A stretch of DNA of 64,000 nt, taken from contig OX597815.1 of the NCBI GenBank assembly GCA_951406725.2, positions 192,014,001 through 192,078,000 on the forward strand, read 5' to 3'. This DNA is from Octopus vulgaris (Eukaryota). Both the position numbers and the translations under genes were made by a program. The notes beneath the pieces are model-generated. The model worked only from the letters and a program-made list of their open reading frames with translations. It searched no databases and was not told the DNA's origin. Positions 12,975 to 24,685 of the stretch are shown here, in pieces (within the stretch, counting starts at the first letter, position 1; every line of letters starts with the position of its first letter).

Positions 12975-13086
12975 TATAAGAGGGATGACTACTAGGTGGA
13001 CATCCAATATGCTACATGTAGACCCCATATGTGGGGGTCTACATGTAGCATATTGGATGTCCACTCTAGTGGTCATCCCACTTATA
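12975..13086. mobile_element. Foldback palindromic MITE (~112 bp) in TA context
   Basis: Arms are tataagagggatgactactaggtggacatccaatatgctacatgtagacccc and ggggtctacatgtagcatattggatgtccactctagtggtcatcccacttata. A partial second copy lies at ~24557-24646. Confidence 0.75.
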
Positions 13087-13299
13087 TGTATGTAATATCT
13101 ATGTATTTATACTTAAATATTCATTGTGTTCAGTCTTCAGTCTTTGCTTTCTCTCGTTTGAATGTATACATACATATATATATATATATATATACATACA
13201 CACACATATATATATCTATATAAAATATGTATTATGCATGTATATGTGAAATGTGTGCATATGGGTGTATATGTATATATTTATCTGTATATTTGTGTG

Positions 13300-13346
<47 letters not shown>

Positions 13347-13431
13347 TTAATTATATATGAAATCATCATCACCATCATTATCATTATTAATATCATTATT
13401 ATTTGTATTCTGTATCCCCCCCCCCCATTTG

Positions 13432-13498
<67 letters not shown>

Positions 13499-13512
13499 AT
13501 ATATATATGTAT

Positions 13513-13712
13513 ATAGTTAATCCAAACATGAAAGCACAAAAAAACACAACGCGAGGACGTGGAACAAATATAGCATTATTGGATGCTAAGGAAAGAAGGA
13601 GGGTTTAACGTTTCGAGCGGAGCTCTTCATCGGAAACATAGGAGAAGGAAAGATCCAGAGAAGGGAAGACAGAGGAAAAAAAAAATCGACAACGGTACAC
13701 ACGCGGTCACAT
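13513..13712 (-). mobile_element. Penelope-like element terminal (pLTR-type) fragment in (TA)n
   Basis: Reverse-complement copy at 28877-29087 and a partial copy at 17630-17697. It sits in microsatellite and carries a minimal hammerhead motif. Confidence 0.6.
13603..13637 (-). ncRNA. Minimal type I hammerhead ribozyme motif (Penelope-type)
   Basis: The - strand reads gttt-CCGATGA-a-gagc-tcc-gctc-GAAAC-GTT-aaac. Stem I is gttt/aaac, stem II is gagc/gctc, and a palindromic ACGT replaces stem III. The core has a U4C variant. Confidence 0.6.
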
Positions 13713-15022
13713 TTATATATATATTGTATATCAAGCCCAAGCTGTTATATTTAATTTGTTTATTCACATAATTGCCACCACACCATATCTGCTCTTATCA
13801 GGATTCCTCTTGTAGCTAGTCTTGTACCCCATGGAATTGGTTCCTCTTAAAGACATCGGCATCTAAGTTTGAATCTTTTGAGTGCTACCAAGTGTTTTCT
13901 CTACTGAGAATCTCTGAATCTCACCTATATATATATATATATATCAACACACACATATGTTCATATATATGTATATAATCTGAATGTGGTCTGGCCCTTA
14001 GAGTGTAGACAGTTAAGAGCCAAAATACTTGCCTGAGGTGGTGGGTTCTCTGAAGACCTTCTGCTGTTCAACACTCTTCAGAACTTCTTACCATTCAGAA
14101 AAGACAGATAAACAATAATAAACACAGGGAATACCTTTATATGACAAACTGCATATGCAAACTACACGATCCAATCAAGTCTTAACTTTACAGCTGTTTC
14201 AAATAACCATGCGGTGCAACAACTAGCACTGATTATGATAAACTCATACAGCAGGGTCTCATTATCCTCATCAAAAGGCATGGGTCTGTTTTGAGGCAGG
14301 CTGTTGGTTGTTTTAAGATTAAAGTCCACACTTTAAAATCGTTTTAAGACAGAGATAGGTGCACACATTACTTATTGTAGCAAAACAGTACATATATACC
14401 ACTCAGGTACAATAAAACTCTAACATTCGTTTAAATTCATGTTATTCTCTGAATCTTTTCAAAAACTTGTGGCACAATAGTTAATGGTGATGTTTTATTT
14501 AAAATAATGGTGAAGCTGATATGCAAAATAGCCTGCTGTTTAATATTGTATTTCAAATTCAACTGATATTTGGACAAAAGAAAAAGAGGGGGGTAGAAAG
14601 GAAATTTCATACTTGACATAAGAGAATTAGAAAAAAACATTTACAAGGAAACATGATATTTTTTTTATCCCCAAAAGCATTATTTGGTTCTAGCATATAT
14701 GTGCATGTGTATGTGTGCATGCATGCGTGTGTGTGTGAATCTACATCTATACATATATACATACATACACATATATATATATCTATATAAAATATGTATT
14801 ATGCATGTATATGTGAAATGTGTGCATATGGGTGTATATGTATATATATATCTGTATATGTGTGTGTGTCTCTCTCTCTCTATATATATATACACTTAAT
14901 TATATATGAAATCATCATCACCATCATTATCATTATTAATATCATTATTATTTGTATTCTGTATCCCCCCCATTTGTGTATATATATATATATATAAATA
15001 TATATATGTGTGTGTGTGTGTG

Positions 15023-15065
<43 letters not shown>

Positions 15066-15070
15066 GTGTG

Positions 15071-15138
<68 letters not shown>

Positions 15139-15936
15139 CACACACAGATATACACATATGTATGCAGGCATATGCACACACATATACACATACACATAAG
15201 TATGTTGAAAACGCAATATAAATTCATATAACTGCATACATCTAAATACCAATGTACACATGCACACACACACACACATAAGCAGACACACACATGCACA
15301 CATATACGCGTATACACACTCACACATTCCAATTTATCAGATTTTCGGTGGATAATCTAAATTCTTCGTTGTGTATTTATTTTCTATTTAAATTTCTGGC
15401 GTTCTAGGAAATTTGAAACTTGTTGTTTTATTAAAATCATATTGTTATATTAAAGTTTTTGTTTTTCTTAAAATATCATTCGCTGATCATCTACTTTCAC
15501 TGTTTATTGCTGTAGGTGTATTGATATGTATGGCATTCTATGTGTATATTGGGGTGTGTATATCGAGTGTATATAGTGTGTGTGTGTGTCAGTCTTTCTG
15601 AATGCAAATAAATTTCTGCGATGTGTATTGTGAGAGATAGGTGGTCTGTAGATCTCTGTACGATTACTAATGTGTTTGTATTGTATTCAAGTATGTACAT
15701 AGATACATCTGTCTGTTTCTGCTTCACATATGTACACATTTATATATATATATATGTATATATTTATATATATATACATACATACATATACAAATATATT
15801 CATACAGAGATACGTTGGTGCATGACAATGTCATGGATTTTTTAGTTGAGTAGTAAATGCTAATGAAAGTTTTCCCTCATCTTTCTGTGTATGTGTGTGT
15901 GTGTGTATATATATACGTATATATATATATATATAG

Positions 15937-15981
<45 letters not shown>

Positions 15982-16540
15982 CACATATATATATATGTGT
16001 GTGTGTGTGTGTGATCAATTAATATATATATATTATAATAATAACAATAATAATAATGATAATATATGTATGTATGTATATATCGAAACCTATATCTATA
16101 TCTTCACATACTTACATACATGCTTACATACATGCATACATACATAGCTACATACATACACACATACATACATATATATATACATATACGCATATGTACA
16201 TATGCATACACATATACATATATATGTGTATATGTTTGTGTCTATATATGCATATATATATATATACACACATACTTACATATATATATTTATATATATA
16301 TGCACTTGTGCAAAATAAAAAGTAGATATGTTCATCCATTAGTATTAATGCTAAAACTTCAAATATTATTTGACAACACAATCGTCTTACATAATAGTTT
16401 AGTTAGTGCAAACATTTATTGCAGTGTGCAACAGTAATAAATATCTCAAAATAATAATGTGATGAGGCAAATTATACAGTATTAGTCGGTGACTAATATC
16501 TTTTGATTTTATCAGAAAGTATAGGAGATATATATTGGAT

Positions 16541-16572
16541 GACATGTTTCTGTCTTATTTTGACCTCATCAG
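16541..16572 (-). ncRNA. Degenerate minimal hammerhead motif
   Basis: The - strand reads CTGATGA-g-gtc-aaaataa-gac-a-GAAACATGTC. The core and palindromic ACATGT are present, but the stem II closing pair and stem I are mismatched. Confidence 0.35.
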
Positions 16573-16704
16573 CAAAGTACAAGCTTCATCATACTTGCCA
16601 ATGTAATGATACAGTACAAGCTTACATATACACACATACACACATGTATCCTCTTATATGCACATGCACATATACTCATACATAGAGCTTTTTATGCATA
16701 CATA

Positions 16705-17490
16705 GTGCTTTTTATGTGCCACCAGCACAAGAGCCAGCCAGACGATCCTGGCACCAGTCACATTTGGATAGTGCTTTTAGTGTGCCACCGGGATGGGAGC
16801 CAGTCAGGAGGGAAGGGCATCGGCTATATTTGGATGGTGTTTTTTATGTGCCACCGATATGGGAGCCAGTCAAGGGACACTGACATCAACCACGTTCAGA
16901 TGATGCATTTTACATAACACCTGAATGGGAGCCAGTCAGTGGGCTATGATTTCGGTTTTACTTGACACAACAGGTCTTCTCAAGCATATCATATCACCCG
17001 ACACATCAAGGGTACTCTTAAATGGATGCCCTTCCTAACACCAACCACTCTGAGAGTGTAGTGGGTGCTTTTTACATGCCACTATTATGGGATCCAGTTA
17101 GGCAGCACTGGCATCGACCACACTCGAATGGTCAATGCCAGTGGCACGGGAACCAGTCAGGCGGCACTTGGGAAAAGAAATAGATGAGATGATCACCGGT
17201 ATGGGAGCCAGTCAGGGGACACTGACATCAACCACGTTCAGATGATGCATTTTACATACCACCTGAATGGGAGCCAGTCAGTGGGCTATGATTTCCGTTT
17301 TACTTGACACAACAGGTCTTCTCAAGCAAATCAAATCATATATCACCTGACACATCAAGGGTACTCTTAAATGGGCTGGACATGCAACACTGGCATCGGC
17401 CATGGCTGCAATCTCACTTTAGTTGCTGGGTTTTCTCAATCACAGAATATCTCCAGAGGTCTTGGTCTTCTGTCATTGCCTCTGTGTCTG
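16705..17490 (-). mobile_element. RTE LINE 3' UTR fragment, rearranged
   Basis: Repeated (tg)gcacgtaaaaagcacc modules and tgcttgagaagacc on the - strand. 16855-17033 is repeated at 17197-17375. Confidence 0.75.
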
Positions 17491-17494
17491 TGTG

Positions 17495-17547
<53 letters not shown>

Positions 17548-17548
17548 A

Positions 17549-17595
<47 letters not shown>

Positions 17596-17803
17596 GTGTG
17601 TGTGTGTGTGCATTCTGGCCAACCAAAGCCTTCGGCGGAAACATAGGAGAAGGAAAGATCCAGGGAAGGGAAGACAGAGGGAAAAATACACAAACACACA
17701 CATAGACATGACAAAAGTAAATACACATAATCATTAAAATTTATTTAAATCTGTAATTATACATTTAAATTATTTATTAATTGTTATAATGTGAATATTT
17801 AAT

Positions 17804-18234
17804 AAAATCTGGACTCATCAGAGAATATGACAGTGTCTCAAAATGTTAGTGGCCTCTCCACCATCTCACTGGCCCAATCTCTTCTCCTCTTGATATTGGC
17901 TGGTCAAAGAATTGGTTTCCTTCTTGCTGCTCTGCCATAGTAACCAAGTTTGTGGAGACGCCTGACAGCTGTTCTGGGACTGACATCAACTTGTTCTGCT
18001 ATGTCAGAGGCCTTGCAACAAGGATTATCCTACACCCTTCTCTTAACAAAGAGAAGGGTCCTGTCAGGGGGCCCTGGTTGACCTGGACAAGGTGATATGG
18101 ACTCTATTAACTATAGAAAGCAGAATCCCAAAGTTTTCTGTGATTTTACACTGACAATGTCCACCTTCAGGATGACCCACAATATGGCTTCTTTGAAATC
18201 CTGGCAACTCCAATGCTTCTTTTGTACATGGCAT
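17804..18234 (-). pseudogene. Tc1/mariner transposase fossil (N-terminal HTH region to first catalytic D)
   Basis: Manual - strand translation with stops and frameshifts: MPCTKEALELPGFQRSHIVG...DNPCCKASDIAEQVDVSPRTAVRRLHKLGYYGRAARRKPIL*PANIKRRRDWA...DTVIFSDESRF, the Tc1 ARRKP-L and V-FSDESRF signature. Confidence 0.9.
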
Positions 18235-18309
18235 GATTTAACAGTCACATATAGAACCTGAAACATAAAAAATGTCAATCAATAAAAAATATAAACCTTT
18301 ATGAATTAA

Positions 18310-18540
18310 CCGATCGTGACCGATGCCAGACCCCCCGGCCCCTGTGCAGGTGGCACGTAAAAGCACCCAATCCACTCACGGAGTGGTTGGCGTTAGGAAG
18401 GGCATCCAGCCGTAGAAACTCTGCCAGAATCAGACTGGAGCCTGGAGCGGCCCCTGGCTTCCCAGACCCCAGTCGAACCGTCCAACCCGTGCTAGCGCGG
18501 AAAACGGACGTTAAACGATGATGATGATGATGATGATGAT
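18310..18540 (+). mobile_element. RTE LINE 3' end, 5'-truncated, (GAT)n tail
   Basis: gtgcaggtggcacgtaaaagcacc...gttggcgttaggaagggcatccagc...ccgtccaacccgtgctagcgcgg...ggacgttaaac(gat)n. Confidence 0.85.
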
Positions 18541-18602
18541 TAAATGATGTTTTGTGGGGTGTCTATTTACTTCTGTCATGCCTATGGTTGTTTGTGTGTG
18601 TA

Positions 18603-18648
<46 letters not shown>

Positions 18649-18656
<8 letters not shown>

Positions 18657-18983
18657 TATTGGTGAATTGAAGAAATGGAGCTGAACGCAGATTGAACAGA
18701 AATCGTTTTATTTCATTCTACACGTGTTTCGAAAGGCACAATTTACCAAAATCCAAAACACGTGTAGAATGAAATAAAACGATTTCTGTTCAATCTGCGT
18801 TCAGCTCCATTTCTTCAATTCACCAATAATATTTTAATTTCAATTATCCGCACCAACGCACGGTTTGCAACACCATATGGTTGTACCTCCAACCGTGCTG
18901 TTTACTGCTGTGATTTTTGCTACTAAGGTATCGGTTAAACTTTTGATTAATCTACTACAAGATTATTCATCTTTCTATTTCAC

Positions 18984-18990
<7 letters not shown>
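18649..18990. mobile_element. Penelope-like fragment with a perfect 81-bp inverted repeat, inside (TA)n
   Basis: Arms 18649-18729 and 18756-18836 are exact reverse complements around a 26-nt spacer. The left arm read on the - strand gives cGAAACACGTGTA, a hammerhead 3' half. Confidence 0.6.
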
Positions 18991-19019
<29 letters not shown>

Positions 19020-19208
19020 GTTTCTTTTGGTTTCTGTCTAGCAAATCCACTCACAAGGCTTTGGTTGGCCAGAGGCTGTAGTAAAAAGCACTTATCCAAA
19101 GTGCCACATAGTAGGACTGAACCTGGAAAGAAGCCGTTGGGAAGCTTAACCTCTTACCACACAGCCACACCTGTGCCTCTATCTATCTATCTGTCTGTCT
19201 GTCTGTCT

Positions 19209-19240
<32 letters not shown>

Positions 19241-19774
19241 TTGTATATATATATGTGTGTGTGTGTGTGTATCTATATATATATATTTGTATATATTTGA
19301 ATATATATGTATAATGCTTACTATATTTGTCATAACACTTTTTTTAGAGTAAAACTTCTAATTACACATATATTAATTAGTCTGTGCTTCCACTAATAAG
19401 CGTACATCTATCTATCTGCCAGGGAGATTGGAAATTATTTATGAGGCTTAAATCTTTGATCATATTCATTTACCATTTTATATATTGCTGGCAACGAAAA
19501 CCGAAATATATATATATAACAAAAAAAACAGAAAAAAAATAAGAATGGAAATCATTGTATCTTTTCATGTGTTGTCATTCTTTGTTTTGCATGTGCCATA
19601 ACACACAATCCTTGTCAGGCAGGCAGCCAGTTTTATAATATAATTCATATGAATATCTTAATATGTATATATATTTTCCTCTGGATGAAATGAAAAGCCA
19701 AACGGAATTTGATCTTTCAGCAATAAAGTGTCAAATGGATGCCATAAATCTTGCAGCCAATTCTTTTAGCATTC

Positions 19775-19861
19775 ATATCACCACCACCATCATTATCATC
19801 ATCATCATCATCATGATTGGCGCCATCATCATCATCATTGTCACTATCATCATCAACGTCG

Positions 19862-19893
<32 letters not shown>

Positions 19894-20505
19894 GTCATCG
19901 TTGTCGTCGTCGTCGTCATCATCATCATCGTCGTCGCCACCGTCATCGTCATCATCGTCATCATCATCATCGTCGTCGCCACCGTCATCGTCATCATCAT
20001 CATCGTCATCATCGTCGTCATCCTCATCGCCATCCTCATCGCCATCATCATCATCGTTGTCGTCATCGTTGTCGTCATCATCATCATCGTTGTCATCATC
20101 ATCATTGTCATCATCATCGTCACCATCATCATCGCCATCGTCGTCATCATCATCATCGTCTTCATCATCATCATCACTGTCGTCCTCATCATCATCATCA
20201 TCAACATCAGTATCATCGCGACTATTGCTGTATACAATCTTCTTCCTTTTTTCCTCCTCTGCTGCTTTTTTCTTCCTCTGCCTTTTCCTCCTTATCATCC
20301 ACATCCTCATCATCATCATCAGCATCAACATCACATTCATCGTTATTGCCTTCATTGCTATCCTCCTTCTGCTCTTTCTGCTCAACATGGCCGGTTATCA
20401 TTGTCATCTTAGTCATTTTCATTCCCATCACCCTCCTCTTCGTCCTCCTCCTCCTCCTCCTCCTCATCATCATCATCATCATAATCATCATAATCATCAT
20501 CCTCA
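19775..20505. repeat. Long compound trinucleotide tract (ATC/GTC)n then (CCT/CAT)n
   Basis: Read directly. It produces the poly-I/V, poly-S, poly-D and poly-M ORFs in the track. Confidence 0.95.
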
Positions 20506-20652
20506 GTTCTTGAGTGAATAGCAAGCTTCAAATGAATAAATCAACTTTACTGTATAAATTAAATATTCTTTCTTCTGTTTGTACAGCCATATCTGTGTGT
20601 GCATATATATATATACATATATATACATATACATACACACACACACATATAT

Positions 20653-20683
<31 letters not shown>

Positions 20684-20835
20684 ATATACAATTATATATG
20701 TATATAAATGTATGCATGCATGTCTATATGTATGTATATACATAAATATAACCTATGCCAGTATAGAAAAAAATGGATGTAAAATGAGCAATATGTGTCT
20801 ATCTAACTACCTATCAACCTATCTCTCTCTCTCTC

Positions 20836-20870
<35 letters not shown>

Positions 20871-21509
20871 TGTGAGTGTGTGTGCAATATGAATACACTT
20901 GTATCCAAAAATAAAACAAAAAATTGACAGATATATATATAAATGTGCGTGCAAGAGTGTAGAAAGTGAGATTGAGAGGGAAATGTGGCGGGGGTGCGGG
21001 GTGGGGAGAAAAAAGAAAAAAAAGAAGTGCTTTGGCGATGTATTCTGCATGTGTGTAAAAAAATAGAAAAAGAGATAATTCGAATAACAAGACCCGTCTC
21101 CTGGTAAAGGGTCTTACAAGCGTTTCGTGTTATGGTTTGTGCTTAAATCTTTTAAACTATCAAATTCTATGAATGAACAAGCATCCACTAGAATTCTGAA
21201 TTCTACTGAAATAGATTCCTTATCCAAGAAGATTTCAAGACATCTGTTGCTCCCCGTCCGTCTTCTGCTTCTCATTTCTTCCCTTTCTTTTTATCCGTTT
21301 CCTTCTCCTTCTCCTCATCCACCCCCACCTCTTTCTTCTTTTCTGTACATATGTTTATTATTAGCAGATTAACAGACCAGACATAGAGATGAGGTTTTAA
21401 GCCTGATATCCTTGCCTTTTGTGGTTCCTGCTGCTGCTGTTGTTGTTGTTATTACATCTATGATCATCAATGTTCCATCTGTGATCATCTCATCTATTTC
21501 TTTTCCCAA

Positions 21510-22112
21510 GTGTCGCCTGACTGGCTCCTGTGCCACTAGCATCGACCATTCGAGTGTGGTCGATGCCAGTGCTGCCTAACTGGATCCCATGATGGTGGCA
21601 TGTAAAAAGCACCCACTACACTCTCAGAGTGGTTGGTGTTAGGAAGGGCATCCATTTAAGAGTACCCCTGATGCATCGGGTGATATGATATGCTTGAGAA
21701 GACCTTTTGTGTCAAGTAAAACCGAAATCATTGCCCACTGACTGGCTCCCATTCAGGTGGCATGTAAAATGCATCATCTGAACGTGGTTGATGTCAGTGT
21801 CCCCTGACTGGCTCCCATATCAGTGGCACATAAAAAGCACCATCCAAATATAGCCGATGCCCTTCCCTCCTGACTGGCTCCCATCTTGGTGGCACGCTAA
21901 AAGCACTATCCAAACGTGATCGATGCCAGGATCGCCTGGCTAACTCCTGTGCCGGTGTCACGTAAAAAGTACCCACTACACTCTCAGGCGTTAGGAAGGG
22001 CATCCAGCTATAGAAACCTTGGCAGAACAGATTGCAGCCTTCTGGCTTGCTAGTTCTCAGTCAAACTGTCCAACCCATGCTGGCACAAAAAATGGACATT
22101 AAATAATGATGA
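21510..22112 (+). mobile_element. RTE LINE 3' UTR fragment, rearranged
   Basis: Module array plus tail. 21481-21972 is the inverted counterpart of 16705-17196. Confidence 0.75.
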
Positions 22113-22204
22113 TTTTTTTTTCACCCTCTTTCTCTTTATCAGACCTAGTGTACCTGGGACTACAAGTATTAGATGTGCATTTATGATATATTTTGTTTTT
22201 AGCT

Positions 22205-22728
22205 AGCCTGTGCCGATGCCACATGAAAAACATCCATGCTGGCGTCACATAAACAGCACCCATGCTGGTGCCACATAAAAAGAAACCGTGTTGGTGGCAC
22301 ATAAAAAGCACCCATGTCAGGCCATGCATAAAGCACCTATGCTGGTGCCACATAAAAAGCACCCATGTTGCTGTCACATAAAAAGCACCCGTACCATGCC
22401 ATGCATAAAGCACCTATGCTGGTGCCACATAAAAAGCACCCATGTTGGTGCCACATAAAAAGCACCCATGTTGCTGTCACATTAAAAGCACCCATGTTGG
22501 TGCCTCACAAAAGGCACCCATGTTGGTGCCTCACAAAAGGCACCCATGTTGGTGCCTCACAAAAGGCACCCATGTTGGTGCCACATAAAAAGCACCCATG
22601 TTGGTGCCTCACATAAGGCACCCATGTTGTTGCCATGTAAAAAGCACCCGTACCATGCCATGTATAAAGAACCTATGCTGGTCCCACATAAAAAGCACCC
22701 ATGTTGGTGCCACATAAAAAGCACCCAT
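22205..22728 (+). repeat. ~26-bp minisatellite (gcacccatgttggtgccacataaaaa)n, about 19-20 units, continuing into the RTE tail
   Basis: Read directly. It is followed by ttacactctg...ggcattaggaagtgcatccagctg, the RTE tail. A 3-unit version lies at 5815-5890. Confidence 0.9.
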
Positions 22729-23057
22729 TACACTCTGTAAAGTGTTTGGCATTAGGAAGTGCATCCAGCTGTAGAAGCCATGCCGAAACATACAATTGGA
22801 GTCTGGTGCAGCCCTTCAGCTTGCCCAAGGGGCCACGACGCAGTGGGACTGAACCTGGAACCATGTGGCTAAGAAGCAAGTATGTATGTATGCATGTATG
22901 TGTGTGTACGTGCACATGCATGCATGCATGCATGCATGCGTGTGTGCATGCATGCGTACGTGTGTGTGTGTGTATGTACATGATTGAGACTTGGTTTGTT
23001 TCTGTCTTTGTTGGTTTTATTTACAAACCAGTAAAATAATAAATAAAAATAATAATA

Positions 23058-23310
23058 ATAAATGTTCCCTTTTAAAGCCTAGCCAGGCTCATGGGCCTGG
23101 TTTCCCGGTTTCTATGGCGTATGCGTTCCCCAGCTGGAACGGGACACCAGTCCATCGCAGCGTTACTCATTTTTGCCAGCTGAGTGGACTGGAGCAATGT
23201 GAAATGAAGTATTTTGCTCAAGAACCCAACGCGTCGCCCGGTCCGAGAATCGAAACCACAATCTTGCGATCATGATGCTGACACCCTAACCACTAAGCCA
23301 CGCACCTCCA
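23058..23310 (-). mobile_element. SINE family D, full length
   Basis: Reverse complement of 31872-32128. Confidence 0.85.
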
Positions 23311-23706
23311 CAAAATAATAAATACCTGCAGGTAAAAGATGACGCTGTAAGGAGTCTGTAAACAGGAAAGGTATCTGGCTGCAAAATGCTGCCTCAATAA
23401 GTCTTGTTCAGTGCATGCCAGCATGGAAAATGAGACATAATAATGATGATGAGGAGGAGGATGATGATAATGATGATGACAGTGATGTTGATGATAGTTG
23501 TCTTCATCACTGACGATGCCAGCAGTGGCCGTGACAATGATGATGATGGCGAAAAACATTAACAAAAAAAAGGCATCAGTAAGACTTGAAGAAATCAGAT
23601 TTTATAGAATTTTCTGCAATAAGCTATTGTTTACCATTTTCTCTTCATAAGAATTCTTTAATGATTATGATAACGAGCCAATATTTTCTTTTTCTTTTTC
23701 TTCCAG

Positions 23707-23759
23707 ATATGACAGCATGGAACCTATACAGTATTAGGAATGGAATATAAATCATTCAA
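23707..23759 (+). other. Candidate 53-nt exon (stop-containing: terminal coding, UTR or poison exon)
   Basis: Very strong acceptor ttttctttttctttttcttccag and consensus donor AA|gtaagt in unique sequence. All three frames contain a stop (e.g. YDSMEPIQY*). Confidence 0.5.
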
Positions 23760-24119
23760 GTAAGTATTTCAAATATATTTATTGTTATTTTTTTATTCTT
23801 TTATTCGGCTATTCTTTTATTCTTCTATCCTTTTATTCTTGTTTCAATCATTAGGCTGCTGCCATGCGTTGGAGTGGGGTGGGGTGGGGGGACACCACCT
23901 TGAAGAATTTTAGTTAAAAAAGTTGATCCTAAAATACCTGGTACTTATTCTATCAGTCTCTTTTGCCAAACTGCTATGTTACAGGGACATAAACACACCG
24001 ACACTGGTTGCCAAGCAGCAGTGGGGGACAAGCACACACACACACACAAGCTATATACAAATATATATATGTATGTATGTGTGTATTTGTGTGTGTGTGT
24101 GTGTGTGTGTATGTTCTTT

Positions 24120-24492
24120 TATTTTATTTGTTTCAGTCATTTGACTGTGGACATGCTGGAGCACCACCTTTAGTCAAACAATTTGACCCCAGGACCTATT
24201 CTTTGTAAGCCTGGTACTTATTCTATCGGTCCCTTTGGCCAACTGCTAAGTTACAGGGATGTAAACACACCAGCATCGGTTGTCAAGCGATTGTGGTGGA
24301 ACAAACATAGACGCACATATATATATATATATACACAACAGGCTTCTTTCAGCTTCCATCTACCAAATCCATTCACAAGGCTTTGGTCAGCTTTAGGTTA
24401 TAGAAGACACTTGCCCAAGGTGCCATGCTGTGGGACTGAACCTGGAACCATGTGCTTGGTAACCATGCTTCTTACCACACAACCATGCTGCG
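24120..24492 (-). mobile_element. SINE family A, preceded by a diverged partial copy at ~23830-24060
   Basis: Matches family A. Confidence 0.8.
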
Positions 24493-24652
24493 TCTATGTA
24501 TATATATATTTGTGTGTATATATATATATATATATATGTATGTACAAATTCAAATTATAAGGGTGAAAAATCTTTTCTTAGTGGTCAGACCAAATGGGGT
24601 CTACTTCTAGCATAGTGGGTGTCCACTTAGTGGCCATCCTTCTTATAAGTAT

Positions 24653-24685
<33 letters not shown>

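Noticed and set aside
19663-20524. Long ORFs of poly-I/V, poly-D, poly-S and poly-M (154-249 aa)
   Set aside because: All are readings of one (ATC/GTC)n tract, open in several frames on both strands because the repeat lacks stops.
21078-21126. Hairpin agaccc/gggtct next to GAAAC-gctt-GTA on -
   Set aside because: No CUGANGA core follows stem I.
22205-22728. CRISPR-like periodic array
   Set aside because: Units are contiguous with no unique spacers, there are no cas genes, and the context is a eukaryotic LINE.
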